Assembly: GCF_018350175.1 (NCBI RefSeq)
Contig: NC_058383.1
Span: 1,426,001-1,490,000 of the forward strand
Length of the DNA stretch: 64,000 nt
From: Felis catus
Taxonomy: Eukaryota
Direction of reading: 5' to 3'
The notes beneath the pieces were generated by a model. It was given only the letters and a program-made list of their open reading frames with translations. It searched no databases and was not told the DNA's origin. Below, in pieces: positions 49,601-61,490 of the stretch; positions within the stretch are counted from its first letter, which is position 1, and each line of letters starts with the position of its first letter. The position numbers and the translations under genes are program-made.

Positions 49601-50644
49601 GGGCTGGGGGCTGGGGGCTGGGGGCTGGCCAGTCCATATAGGACTTGCTTGTGCTGTGGACGTTCATTCACATTCTCTCTCCGGTCCCCACACACTATAG
49701 GATTTATCTTGATTTGCTGCCTTTGAATTGAGTCAACTCTTTTGTATGCTCGGTGAATTGCCCAGCTGCTGGCGGGGAGCGGAGAGCGTGCCGGGGGTAC
49801 TGAGGCCGGGAATCAGAGGCGGGCGGGGGACAGGAAGCGGGGAGGGGGCGCGGGCGCCTGCGGTGTGTGTGTGGGGGTGGGGGTGGGGACCAACCAGGCT
49901 GTGCGGGATGCGAGCAAGGCCCTGAGCTGGGAACCTGGCTGATCGAGGGGTTATGCCCAGGCCTGCCCGGCTGGAGCGAGGAGCCGGCAGGGGTCAGGAG
50001 GCTCCATCCTGGGGATCGAGAGTGCCCCTCGGCCCCTGCTCTGGATGGGCTGTGAGGCATGGCGCAAACGTCCGTGCTTCTCTTGACTCAGTTTCCCTGC
50101 CTGTGATCTGCGGGAAGAGGGTCTAACACAAGCAGGTTGTGAGGGTCAAACTAAACGGGAAGAGAGTGCGAGAACCCCGGAGTCATCCCAGAGGTGGGGG
50201 TGAGTAAGGGAAGGAAGGGGAGCCAGGGCTGGGGAGGAGAGGGGGCGGCCCTACCTGTCCCTTCCGCCCCCCCCCCCCCCGCGCCGTGTTCTGTGCCTCC
50301 AAGTCCGCCTCCTCGACGAGGGCCGGACCGACGGGCCCACCCGGGTCCTGAGAACACCTGGGCTTTGCTTCGTGTGGTGGGGGTCGCGGGTGGCTCGGGC
50401 AGGTACCGGCTTCCGCGCGCCCCCCTGACCCGAGCGCCGCCCCCCGCCCCCACCCGCACCTGGATGTGGGAGGAAGGGCAGGAGGGGACGGCGAGGAAAG
50501 CAGCCCTCCCGCCTCTCCGGTCCCCCGCCCCCCTCCCGGCGGCCGGGAGGGAGGGAGGGGAGCGGGGCGGGCGCGGGCTCGGAGCCGGACTCGCGTCGGG
50601 CGCGGGCGGGGCTGGGGGAGCGCGGGGCGGGGCCGCGCGCGGAT

Positions 50645-50759
50645 CGATGGGCGAAGCTGGGGAGGAATCTCAATCCCCGGAGCGAAGTTAGAGCCTGGAG
50701 GACGGCGGCGGCGGCGGCGGCGGCGGCGGGCGCAGCCCGGGAACGCGGCCCGGCGGCAG
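50645..50759 (+). other. Putative alternative first exon 1b; start uncertain
   Basis: Near-consensus donor CAG|GTAAGC at 50759/50760, 30 nt after a (CGG)9 tract. No polypyrimidine/AG acceptor upstream, only GC boxes. Confidence 0.55.
50703..50729 (+). repeat. (CGG)9 trinucleotide repeat
   Basis: Perfect run in putative exon 1b. Confidence 0.97.
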
Positions 50760-51461
50760 GTAAGCGCGGCGCCCCGGAGCCCGAGGCCGAGCACGGCGCG
50801 CGCCCAGCCTGGGGGGCGCGGGACCCCGCCGGACCCCGCGCGCTGCCCCTGCGCCTTCGGCCCCGTGCGCCCTCGGGGCGCGGCGGGCAAAGTTGGAGGA
50901 ACTTGGCGGCGCGGGCGCGCGGCGGGGCGGGGGTCCGGGTCGGGGTCCGGCCGCCGTCCCCGCTCGCTCTGCCCGTCGCACCCCTGCTCGCTTGCGTGGC
51001 CTCGCCCCTTCCCCAGCCCTCCCTCCCCTCGGCGGTCCCCTTCTCGGTCCGCGCCGGGTCCTGCGCCCCAGAGCCGCTGCTCGCAGCGGCCGACCCTCTG
51101 AGACCAACCCCCCCCCCCCCCCCCCGTCCGTGCCCGCGGCACCGTCCCTGCCCCGTCTGCCCTCCCGGGCCCGGCGTCGCGCGCCTCCGCGTTCTGCTCC
51201 GGGACGGTCCGGCCACACTCGGGGGAGGGGCCGGGGAGTTGAAGCCCTGGCGTGGGGGTGGGGGCCTTTGCTCTGAACTTGGTGGACCCCCGACCTTGGA
51301 CCCGTTTTCATAGCCGTGTCTTTTGGGGGAGTGGTGCTGAGCCTCCTTGCCCCAATCCGCCTGCAAAGACAGGAGTCCCCTTGGAATCCTTTAACATACG
51401 CCTGTCGCCTGCTTGCAGCCCAGGGTGGGTTCTCCTGCAGGTCTCCTCGGACACGGACCGA

Positions 51462-51566
51462 CCGCCTCTGGCGTCAGCTGTGCGATCTCGGGGCAGATAA
51501 CCTCCGGGTCCTCAGTTTTAACATCTGTAAAATGGGGGCATGATGATAATATATACTTTACGGAGG
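51462..51566 (+). mobile_element. MIR relic
   Basis: agctgtgcgatctcggggcagataacctcc...cctcagttttaacatctgtaaaatgggg...gataat. Confidence 0.7.
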
Positions 51567-54500
51567 AAACACCACGGTGAAGGCTTAGCCCTGGGGGGCC
51601 CCTGGAGGCCTTTCCTCCGGGCCTGGAAGACCAAGCCAGGTTTGCACGGCCCGGCAAAGCCTCAGGTGTGAGCGTCTTCTCTGGGCGCTTGCATCATGGA
51701 GCCCTTGCTTGGATACAGCTGTGTCTGCCTTATGCCTGCTTTATCGGGCTGGAGGCGGTGCAGAAAGTATTCCCAGGATCTTAGATCCTACGAGCCTCAG
51801 GAACAGGAGCTTTCGAAGTGTGCAGAGTGCAGGGACTTACGATCGGCAAACCTCTCCACTGCCTTTCACAGGGGCCGTCTCCAAAAAGACCCCTAGCCTC
51901 TGCCCAGCCCTGAGAGGAAAGGAGAAAATGGGGCCGCGTTGTTCCGAGCCTCAGAGACTCTGACCACCTGGCCGGCCCCCTGGCCTCCTCCCCAGCCCTG
52001 GGTCCGGGCAGCATTCAGCTTTTAGCTGAACAGCCCTGGGGGGACAGAATGATAAGCCCCACGCCAGGTTTGTGCCCCACTTTGTCGCAAGGGGACTACC
52101 CAGAGCTGGAAGCACAAACTCCAGACGGTGGGGTTTGGCAGGAGGAAATGCCCACCTTTCTTCTGCATTTAGGGGTCTGGAAACGGGCCAGGACCCCAGC
52201 CCGCACTTTAGTCCCTCATCTTCCTGGGCACGTGCAGGGGGAGGTCTGAACGCCTCCCGGTGGGCAGACGACCTCCAGGTCAGACAGGTTGGGAGCCATG
52301 CCCTCCCCGCATGGGAGGACCCTCTCCAGGGAAAGCTCCGCTCCCTCACCCCCCACGTACCTCCCCCTGAGACACAGGCGGCCGGGGTTCTCAGCAGAGC
52401 CCGGGGCCGGAGCTTAGACTGGCAGCCGTTCTTTTAGACTCTGGGATTGGAATCCTTGGACCCCGGGTGCCTCCTTGTCGGCATCACCTGTTTTGGGAGA
52501 GAAAAATTAGTGGGGCCGAGACTCTGTGGCTCAGATGGAGTAAAAAGGGAGCATCTGCCTGGGTCCCACATCTGCATGTCCCTAGCACACACACCACACC
52601 ACACACACATGTACCGTTCTAGATTTCAGTGGGATTTTCTGAACACTCCGGAAGCCCTCTTCCTCAAATCCTCCTGGGTCAGAGCCCCCCCCCCCCCCCG
52701 CTCCGCCCCTAGCTGTCCCTTCCTCCTCAGGCGCCCAGTGCCCACGAGCAGACGACCCTGTTTTTCTGAAGATGCCGTAGCAGCAGGGAAAATTTGTGAG
52801 CGGAGGTGCTTGGACGTGGGGCGTTCGCATATCCCGGCAGGAAACAAACAGGCAGACCCTGGCGACGCCCCGCGGGTGGGTGGGTGGCTGGCGGGTGATA
52901 CATGTGGAGGGAGGGCGAGGGAGGAAGAATGCCTGTGAGTGACAGACAGCACAAAGATCTCCAGGGCCAGGTGACGGGGCCATAAATTTCCGGGCGTGAA
53001 CCTGGAGCGGATGGTGGCGTTGCCGCGGACATTGGATACATTTGTCATCTCCGCGGTCCCCGCCGCGCCCCCCCCACAGCGCCCTTCCCATCTTGTTGTC
53101 TGTCGTGGATTCCGATTGCTTCCAACAGGGGCTCCGGTGTCGACTGGCCTCGGTCCGTGGCCGATGGTGCCGCCCACGCGGGGGACCGGAGCCCTGATGT
53201 GGAAGGGACTGTGCTGTCCTCCCTCCCAGCACCTGCTGTGCATTTGGGGAGACTGAGGGCAGGCTTGTCTGAGGGTGCGCAGTGAGTGGGGGCAGAGAGG
53301 GGGCAAGGGGGTCCTGTACCTGTGCGTTGGTTCAAGTCCTACCAGGCAGGCACCACGTCTGCTGCTGGGGCACCTGTTCCCTGTGCACCCCCACCCCCAT
53401 GCACCTTGCACCAGCCGGTGGCCCTGGAAGGGAGCAGGAAGCTATGGGCACTCGGCTCCTTTCCCTGGGCCTTCCTGTCCGTCACCCTCCACACTACCTG
53501 CCGGAGTCTGGCTGGCTTTGCCAAGCTCTCCTGGGGGAGAGGAGGGGTTAGAGGGACCATCCTGGGGACCCAGTGGCCATATGGGGGCAGGAACCAAGAC
53601 CTCTGGCCATTCGAGCTGGAAGAATGCCTGAAGGTGTATTCAGCAAGCATATCGAGGACCTACTGCGCGCTCTGCCCGGAGCCTTGGGACAAGATCGCGA
53701 TGAGGCTCTGGCATTGGTGGAGCTTGTGTCCAGGGGGTGGGGGCACAGACGAGAAACAGAGCCACAGCCAAAGGTCACGTGGGGTGGTGGAGCACAGCTG
53801 GAGCCTCCTGGGAGCTGGAAACAGGTGCTTGCCTTCTCCAGGCTGGCCTCAGGCTTGGAGGCAAAGCAAGAACGGAGGCCCGGGGCAGCAGGGGCCCAGG
53901 AGGGTTGACAGCCTTCTTAGGGTCAAAAACAGGCCAAACCTGGGCTCCCTGCTCTGGGGGATGAGGAGCAGTGGGGAGACTGAGTCACAGAGGCTGGCCC
54001 AGCATCTGAGCACTGGGACCAAGGCCACACTCAGGCCTTTCATTGGCGGCCCCCGCGACCCTGGGGCTGTTCCGTGGTGCTGTCTCTGACTCAGCCCTGT
54101 CCGGTCGCCTCCCTTCCTGCCTGACAATGAGTCTTAGTTTCTCAGGATTTATGGCCAATCCTGCCTTCAGGGTTTTCCTCCTCCAGGAGCTGGCCCCCAG
54201 CTCTTCCTTGGGGGGCTGTTCTGCCCCAGGTCGGGGGGCTCCCAGAGGAGGGGTCGGGCCAGTCCTTAAAGGGTGGGAAGTGTTTGGATGATCCAGAAGG
54301 AAGGGGCAGGCGTCTAGGCTCAGAGGCCTTTGGGGGGAGCGGTGGGCAGGGCTGGGAGATGGGCTTCGACAGGCAGCCGGGCATTAAGGGTAGGACCCCC
54401 CCCTTGTGGCCTGGGGACAGCCTCCCACAGACTCAGGGGTTGGCCTCTGCATCTGTAATGCCTCAGCATCCCCAGACCAGGTTGGGGTGTAGAGAGAGTC

Positions 54501-55044
54501 CGGTCTGGGCGCCCATGTGAAGGACGAAGAAGGTGGGGGGCATAGTCTGAGGACTGTTTGGCTGCCGGCCATCAGTAGGCGTCCATTGCAGTCCACAGGG
54601 CCTCTGGTTCAACCCCTCCATTTAACAGATGGGGAGACTGAGGCCCAGATAGTGTGGCAAGCCAGCATCAGAGCTGGCGGGAGCATCCAGGCACGGCCCT
54701 GCTCCTGTGCTCATGGCCTGCACCCCGCCTCCTGCTCCACCCTGGAGGGAGCGGAGCTTCCTTGCCTCACAGACAGGGCCCCCGAAGCCCTGCCCGCAGC
54801 CTGCGTGTGGGGGGGAGGGTGTGCGCACAGCAGCCTGACCCGTGAGCCATGCCCTGCCCCTGCCTGCCCCCCTTGAGGCCCCCCAAGAAGCTCACGTCTC
54901 TGCCATCTGCCCCTCCAGGGGCTGTGTGTGGAAGGGTGTTCACGAAGCCCTGGTGGCTGACAGCCGTCCACGGCATTGCAGACGGGCACGGGTGGCAGGT
55001 GGTCCCTGCCTGCCCAGGGGATGTGCACGGGGCCTGCTGGGTCC

Positions 55045-56046
55045 GGTGGGAGTCCTCCCGTGGGATGGGAGTCCTCCCGTGGGCGATGGTCCTCCCGTGG
55101 GGTGGGGGTCCTCGCAGGCGGGGGTCCTCCCGTGGGGTGGGGGTCCTCCCGTGGGATGGGAGTCCTTTTGCGGGTGGGGGTCCTCCTGTGTGTGGGGTTC
55201 CTCTCGCGGGGGGGTCCTCCCACGGGGTGGTGGTCCTCCCGTGGGGTGGCGGTCCTCCCACAGGGTGGCGGTCCAACCATGGGTGGCAGTCCTCCTGTGG
55301 GTGGGGGTCCTCCTGTGGGCGGCGGTCCTCTGTGGGGTGGGGGTCCTCTCGCGGGGGGGTCCTCCCATGGGGTGGTAGTCCTCCCGTGGGCGGTGATCCT
55401 CCCGTGGGGTGGGGGTCCTCTCTCAGGCGGGGGTCCTCCCGTGGGGTGGGGGTCCTCCTGCAGGCGAGAGTCCTCCCACGGGGTGGAGGGCCTCCCACGA
55501 GGTAGCAGTCCTCCCGTGGGGTGGGGGTCCTCCCGTGGGGTGGTAGTCCTCCCACGGGGTGGGGTCCTCCTGTGGGATGGGAGTCCTTTTGCGGGTGGGG
55601 GTCCTCCTGTGTGTGGAGGTCCTCTCGCGGGGAGGTCCTCCAATGGGGTGGTGGTCCTCCCGTGGGCGGTGATCCTCCCGTGGGGTGGGCGTCCTCCCGT
55701 GGGGTGGGGGTCCTCCCGTGGGGTGGCAGTCCTCCCACAGGGTGGCGGTCCAACCATGGGTGGCAGTCCTCCCGTGGGTGGGGGTCCTCCTGTGGGCGGT
55801 GGTCCTCCGTGGGGTGGGGGTCCTCCCACAGGCAGGGGTCCTCCCATGTGGTGGGGGTCCTCGGACGGGGTGGCGGTCCTCCCGTGGGCAGGGGTCCTCC
55901 CGTGGGCGGCAGTCCTCCCGTGGTGTGGTGGCCCTCCTGTGGGGTGGGGGGTCCTCTCGCGGGCGGGGGACCTCCCATGGGGTGAGGGTCCTCCCATGGG
56001 TGGTAGTCCTCCCGTGGGGTGGGGATCCTCCTGTGGGTGGGGGTCC
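55045..56046. repeat. ~1 kb GC-rich minisatellite/VNTR, 18-19 bp unit gtcctcccgtggggtgg(g/c/t)(g/a)
   Basis: Roughly 50+ tandem units visible; source of the stop-free ORFs 54711..56204, 54767..56080 and 54976..56214. Confidence 0.97.
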
Positions 56047-59000
56047 TGGAGGATGAGCAGCATCCTGGAGGCCCTCTCATGTGTACTGGCAGATTCTGGG
56101 TTTATTTCTAGCAGGATCAAACTCAGGCGCCTCCTTGTCATCAGCTCCCTTTCATTTAATAACCGCAGAGACACAAGTGCAGGTGGCCGCGCGCTGCCCC
56201 CCACTCCAGCCTGAGGAGGGCCCCGCTGGCCCTGGCAGGCGGAGGACTGTTTCTAGGAAGGGGGCTTTCCAGGCCCCTGGGCACACAGTGCGCGCCTCGG
56301 AGAGGAGGCTGTGCTGCGTGGCCAGGGGACAGGGTTCAGGGAGCCCCGTGCCTGTCCTGTGCCGGCAACACAGAGCCCCGAGCAGCGGCTGAGGGTGTTG
56401 GCCCAGCGCCCTGGCAGCACCCATAAGCACAGACGCCCCGTTCCCCGCTCCTCCCTGAAGGCCACGTCCACCGGATCACCCTCCGCCACCGCCCCCGAAG
56501 CCCAAGGGGCCGGGGAGCCTCCAGAGGTGTCTCCAGAGCCCGTGCTTGGCCTCCACAGTTGGCACTGAGGGGTGTCCCCTACGTCGGAGAGCCCTGTGGA
56601 AGCTTCTGGAAGGGCCTGGCTGAGGGTCAGAGGGTGGCTGAACCTCAGTGCTTTCATCTGCCAGATGGGCCCAAAGCGCAGCCCCATCCTGGGGTGTTGG
56701 GGCTGGGAGCCGGGTCCGGGTGCCACAGGTCCCGGTCAGGAGGCCCCGACGGTGGGGCGGGTTTCTTCCCTTCACTGAGCCTGGTGTTTCTCTGTAACGG
56801 AAGTGGGGGCCGGGGTAGGTGGCCAGCTGCGGTCGAGTCCGAACGGACGCAGGTTCTGTAGACGACAAAGCCGTCGCCGGTCTGGTGGAGTCCCCAGGGC
56901 TGTCCGTTCTGTGGTCTGGGGCTCACTTAGCCCCTCAGCCCTGGCTTCCTCGGGAGGCCCTGTGCGCTCAGAGGCAGGGACGGGGGTGCTGGCGAAGGGG
57001 CCAGTGTGGCCGGCCACCGGGGGCAAGGGGTCAGCGGGAGAGGTGGCGGACAGGTGTGGGGGGGTGGCGGCGTGCTTAGGAAGAGCCAGATCTCACTCTC
57101 TGTGCTTCGGGGAGCTTTTTTGGGGGGGGGGGTTGAGCCGTGAGTGATGAGGTTGGCTGGTGTTTAAAGGATCCTTGTGTTTGGGGGTGAACGCAGGGTT
57201 TGGGGGGGGCATGAGTGGGAATGGGGCACCCGGCTGGGAGTCTCGGCTGACGTCGGGGAGGGAGGGGGCGGCCCGAATCAGGCTGACGGCGCTGGTGATG
57301 GACGGACAGGCTGCGTCTGTTCTGACGCTGCCCAAACGCCTGGAGCTTCCTTCCTATAGAGAAAACTGTTGTGCAAAGCGAACCCTGTCCTCCGCTTGTG
57401 TCCGTGATGAAACAAGGCAGGCGTTTGTGCAGAGAACAGGGTCGTGGGAAGCAAGTTCTGTTTCCTCCTTGACACCCGTTAGCGTCTCAGAAATGTCCGG
57501 AACCCCCCAGAAGGGACCGTGACGAAGCCCGGTGCGCATGGCACGCCGAGCCCTCGGGTGCTTGGGTGGAGGTGGGGCCCCGGGGAATCCGTGGCAGGTG
57601 GCGGGCAGGCTTCCCCTGGGAGACGCACCGCTCGGGTCTGAGCTTGGGAGTGAGCGGATGTGTGCACGTGTGTGCGTGTGCCACATACGTGTGCGCGTGC
57701 GCCCCCGCCCTCCCCCCTCGGAGGCGGGAGTGCGCACCGGCTGCGGCCCCGACGAAGGGCACCTTCCGACCTCGGAGGCCTCTGTCTGAGTGTTTCGTTC
57801 CTATGAAATGAACGTGTCGTCTGCTTTTTTCTTTTATTTTTTGCAAATTCGGTAGAGCAGACCGAGGCTGTAGAATGAAGGGTGCGTGAACGCTCCCAGG
57901 GCCTCCCGGAGGCCCCCCGTTTGGACTGCGTGAGCCCCACGGGCCCGGGGGGACGGCGGGCGAGGCGTGGGCCGGGGAGGCGTCTGCCGTCTGACAGACG
58001 CGGGCTTATTCTGGTGTCCTGGTTATGCTGTCCCCACAGAGCAAGAACATGCTAGGTCTGAAGGAATGTAATTCGCCAGAGACGGCTTTTTAGAAAAAAC
58101 AGCTCACCAGAAACCCAGTGTTTCCACCGGCCTTAATCCACGCGAGTCGGGGCTGAACCGGGCAGCTGTGCCCAGGACAGGAAGACGGCCGCGCTGGCAG
58201 GCCCCAGGGCCTGCGTGTGCACACACACACACTGACGAACAGCCCCCTGCAGGACGCACCCGTGCAGCCTCCCACACGCACTCGTGCACCCATGGCGTCC
58301 ATCGTACCTGTGCACGCACAGCACACGCTCTCCTGTTTGAGGCACACGTGCGAACACGCCAGCCGGCATTCTGCCCCGGCACTCTAAAGTGACACACACA
58401 CGTCACGCCCGACCCCTGGATGAATCTCTGCACGCCCGCACGCGCTCTGATGTCCTCGAGAACACGTCCGGCCACACCCGGCCACGTCATCTGCCACGCA
58501 CACTGGCGCAGTCGAACACGGCGCTTGTGCTTCGATGTGTCCTCGTGCGCCCCTGCGGGAGTGCTTTAGCAGGTGCACGCGCCCAGTCGTGTCCCGTGTG
58601 CTGACAGGCAGGGGGCTGGCGGAGGGCTCCTGCGGGCCGCCTGTGTGGGAGCCTCCTTTCTGGCTGGGGTGGGGGGCTCGCTCCATCGTGGGGTCACCTT
58701 CACGGTGCCAGCCGCTGCGCGGACCCGGGGGTCACACACCCGGCTGTGCCCTCACAGGGTCCTCGGGAAGCCGAGGGGAGGGGGGCTTCCCTTCTGGGCA
58801 CACGGGGGTCCCTCGGGCAGACAGGTGGGCGGTGTGCAGACAGAGGGCCTGGTTGATCTGGAGGGGGGCACGCCATCCACGGAGGGCCCGAGGTCTCTCC
58901 TGTTTACCTCTGCAGAAGGTGGGGGGCTGGGAAGGGGATCCTGAACCTCAGTGGTCACACAGCCAGGAGGTGACAGGATCCAATTCAGCCCTTCCAGCTC

Positions 59001-60475
59001 CCACCCTCCTCTGGGGGGGGGGGGAGAATGTCTGGAAATTCTACATTCAGGGAGAAAGCGCTGTTTTGGGGGACAGGTGATGGGAGGCACGGGTGCTTCT
59101 TGGTAGGAAGGAAGCTGGGCCGAGCTTCATAATCAGAGCTTCGGGGCTGTTGCAGCTGTGCTCTTCCAGAAGGGGCAACAGGCTTGGAGGGCGGCCCCCG
59201 CCACTCGGGACCCTGGACTCCTGTCCCGCCCGCCTGCCCCGACCTCCGTCCCAGGGGGCCTGCTGGAACCGCAGGACCTCGCACTCCCCCGGGCTGGGAT
59301 AATTCCCGCTCCCTGTGAGGAATCCTCGCAGAGCCCGTGAGGGAGGTGCCGCGTGCCCATTTCACAGATGAGCAGGCCGAGACACGGAGACGAGACGGTG
59401 TGGGCTCACCGCTTACAAGTGCCAGAGCCCGGATCTGCCTGTCACAGGTGCCCCTCCCACCCCAGGCAGCCCTCTGCCCATTTTCCAGATGGGTGAGCTG
59501 AGCCTTCCTGAGGAGGGAGAGCGTGTCACTGGCTGTCACCAACCTGGGCTGGCCCTCGATGCAGAGGCACCAGGGTCTGCCCTGGATGAGGGGCTGAGGG
59601 AGGAGCCTGCCTGGCTTGGGTGGAGGGTGAGGGGCTCGTGGGGCCCACGCCACTCCCTGTCTGCCACTGCCCAGGGTTCTTTGTCCTGCATGGTCGGCAG
59701 GAGTCAGGGAGGGAGGCAGCCGTGGAGTTTGATTGTGGGGCAGTACCCAAGGTCCTAAGGAAATGATCCCTAGGTCATGTGGGATGTGGAGTCCTAGGGG
59801 TGACGGTGACGAGGCCATGGCCTTGGGGGCTTGTAAGTTATTCTAAAGGCTGTTCTCAGAACAAGGTGGCAAAGAGGGCGCGAGCAGCGGAGGTGCGGTG
59901 GGTTGTGCAAAGCGCGCCTCCCCACCTCCCCTGTTCCACGACAGCTTGACCTGGAGGGCATTCACCTACTGTGACGCTGGAGGTGTGCACGCCCATTGCA
60001 CGTCCACGTGCCCCCGGGGGGTGCTCTTGAGTGGTTGCCCTGCGTTTATGGAGTTGTGGACCCGGTGACAAGCCAGTGTCGAACGTGCGCGTCACCCCAG
60101 AGGACCCCGGTCCGCCTGTGCGCCTGCCCCCGGCACCGACCCACGGGCTCTTTCTAGAGATGCACCTTCTCTGGGTCTTTCCCACGTGGTTTCCTGTGCG
60201 TGGCTTCTTCCACTCAGCAGAACGCCTCCGAGCGTCTGCATCCCGTGGCCCGAGATGGTAGCTTGCTTACTTTTGTGGCTGGGTACGATTCCGTTCTTCG
60301 CCGAACCGAGTTGTACGTACCCGGATGCCAATCGCGGGCATTTGGATGGGGTACGGTTTGGGGCTGCGGTGAACTTCGGCGTAGAGCCTTTGTGTGGACG
60401 CGTGCGTTCGTTTCCCTTGGGCGGGGTCCTCGCAGTGGTCGTACGGTAAGTTCGTATTTAAATGGCTAGCAATTT

Positions 60476-60695
60476 GGGGCGCCTGGGTGGTGCAGTCGGT
60501 TAAGCGGCCGACTTCAGCCAGGTCACGATCTCGCGGTCCAGGAGTTCGAGCCCCGCGTCAGGCTCTGGGCTGATGGCTCAGAGCCTGGAGCCTGTTTCCG
60601 ATTCTGTGTCTCCCTCTCTCTCTGCCCCTCCCCCGTTCATGCTCTGTCTCTCTCTGTTCCAAAAATAAATAAACATTGAAAAAAAAATTAAAAAA
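60476..60695 (+). mobile_element. Can-SINE, young feline subfamily
   Basis: ggggcgcctgggtggtgcagtcggttaagcggccgacttcagccaggtcacgatctc; TSD aaat(g/t)gctagcaattt at 60460 and 60696. Confidence 0.96.
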
Positions 60696-61490
60696 AAATT
60701 GCTAGCAATTTAAGAATTTTCTAAAGTGCCTGCACTGTGTTACGTTCCCGCAGCGATGCGTGAGGGTCGTGGTGGTCTTTCCGTTGTGGACATTCAGGCG
60801 GGCGTATCTCACTGTGGTTTCAACTGGCCTGATGATCGATGAAGTTGAACATTTCTTCATGCGTTCGTTAGGCATTCATATTCCTTTTTCGATGAAAATT
60901 TCTATTCAAATCTTTTGACCGTGTTCAGGGGTTCATTTGTCTTCCTGAGTTTCAAAACTATTCAGAATTATTGGGGGAATTCTTTATACGTTCTGGATAC
61001 AAGTCATTTATCAGAAATATGATTTGCAAATACCTTATGCTAGTCTGTCTATAGCTTGCCTTTCATTTTTTTTTAAAGGTGTTTTTTAGGGCACAGGAGT
61101 TTTTATTTATAATAGAGTCTGGTTTGTGCATTGCTTTTCCTTTATGGTGTTTCTTTTACGTTTTTGGTGTTTAAGGATTTTTTGCTTAAGCCGAGGTCAC
61201 AAAGATTTTCCTCTGTGCCTTTTTTGAGACGTTTTATAGTCTTGCATTTGGGTCTGTTTTTAAGCTGATGTTTGGGCACGGCATATAAGGGTCTAAGTTC
61301 AGTTCTTGGTGTATGGATACCTAATTGTCCCCGTACCATATTGCCTCAGATTTGAATATTGCCTTCTCTGTGTTAAGTTTTCTGGGGACCAGAAGGGTAA
61401 GGGTTTACTTGTGGGCTCTCACTTCTATTCCACTGATGTACTTGTCTGTTGAACCATACTGTCTTGATTACTGCAGCATTGCACTAAGTT

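Larger units (their letters stand above)
50280..51310. promoter_or_regulatory. CpG island / promoter 2
   Basis: Dense CpG; Sp/KLF GC boxes GGGGCGGG at ~50564 and GGGGCGGGGC at ~50624 just upstream of the putative exon. Confidence 0.85.

Noticed and set aside
50183..51366. 319 and 371 aa minus-strand ORFs in CpG island 2
   Set aside because: Same GC artefact; low complexity and no known family.
54063..54084. REST/RE1-like ggggctgttccgtggtgctgtc
   Set aside because: Needs a 1-nt insertion and lacks the terminal GAA of the RE1 consensus (GGCGCTGTCCGTGGTGCTGAA); too weak without ChIP data.
54711..56214. Longest ORFs (497, 437 and 412 aa; Pro/Gly/Arg/Thr repeats)
   Set aside because: They are translations of the 18-19 bp VNTR, open on both strands, with unit lengths not a constant multiple of three and no domain or splice support.
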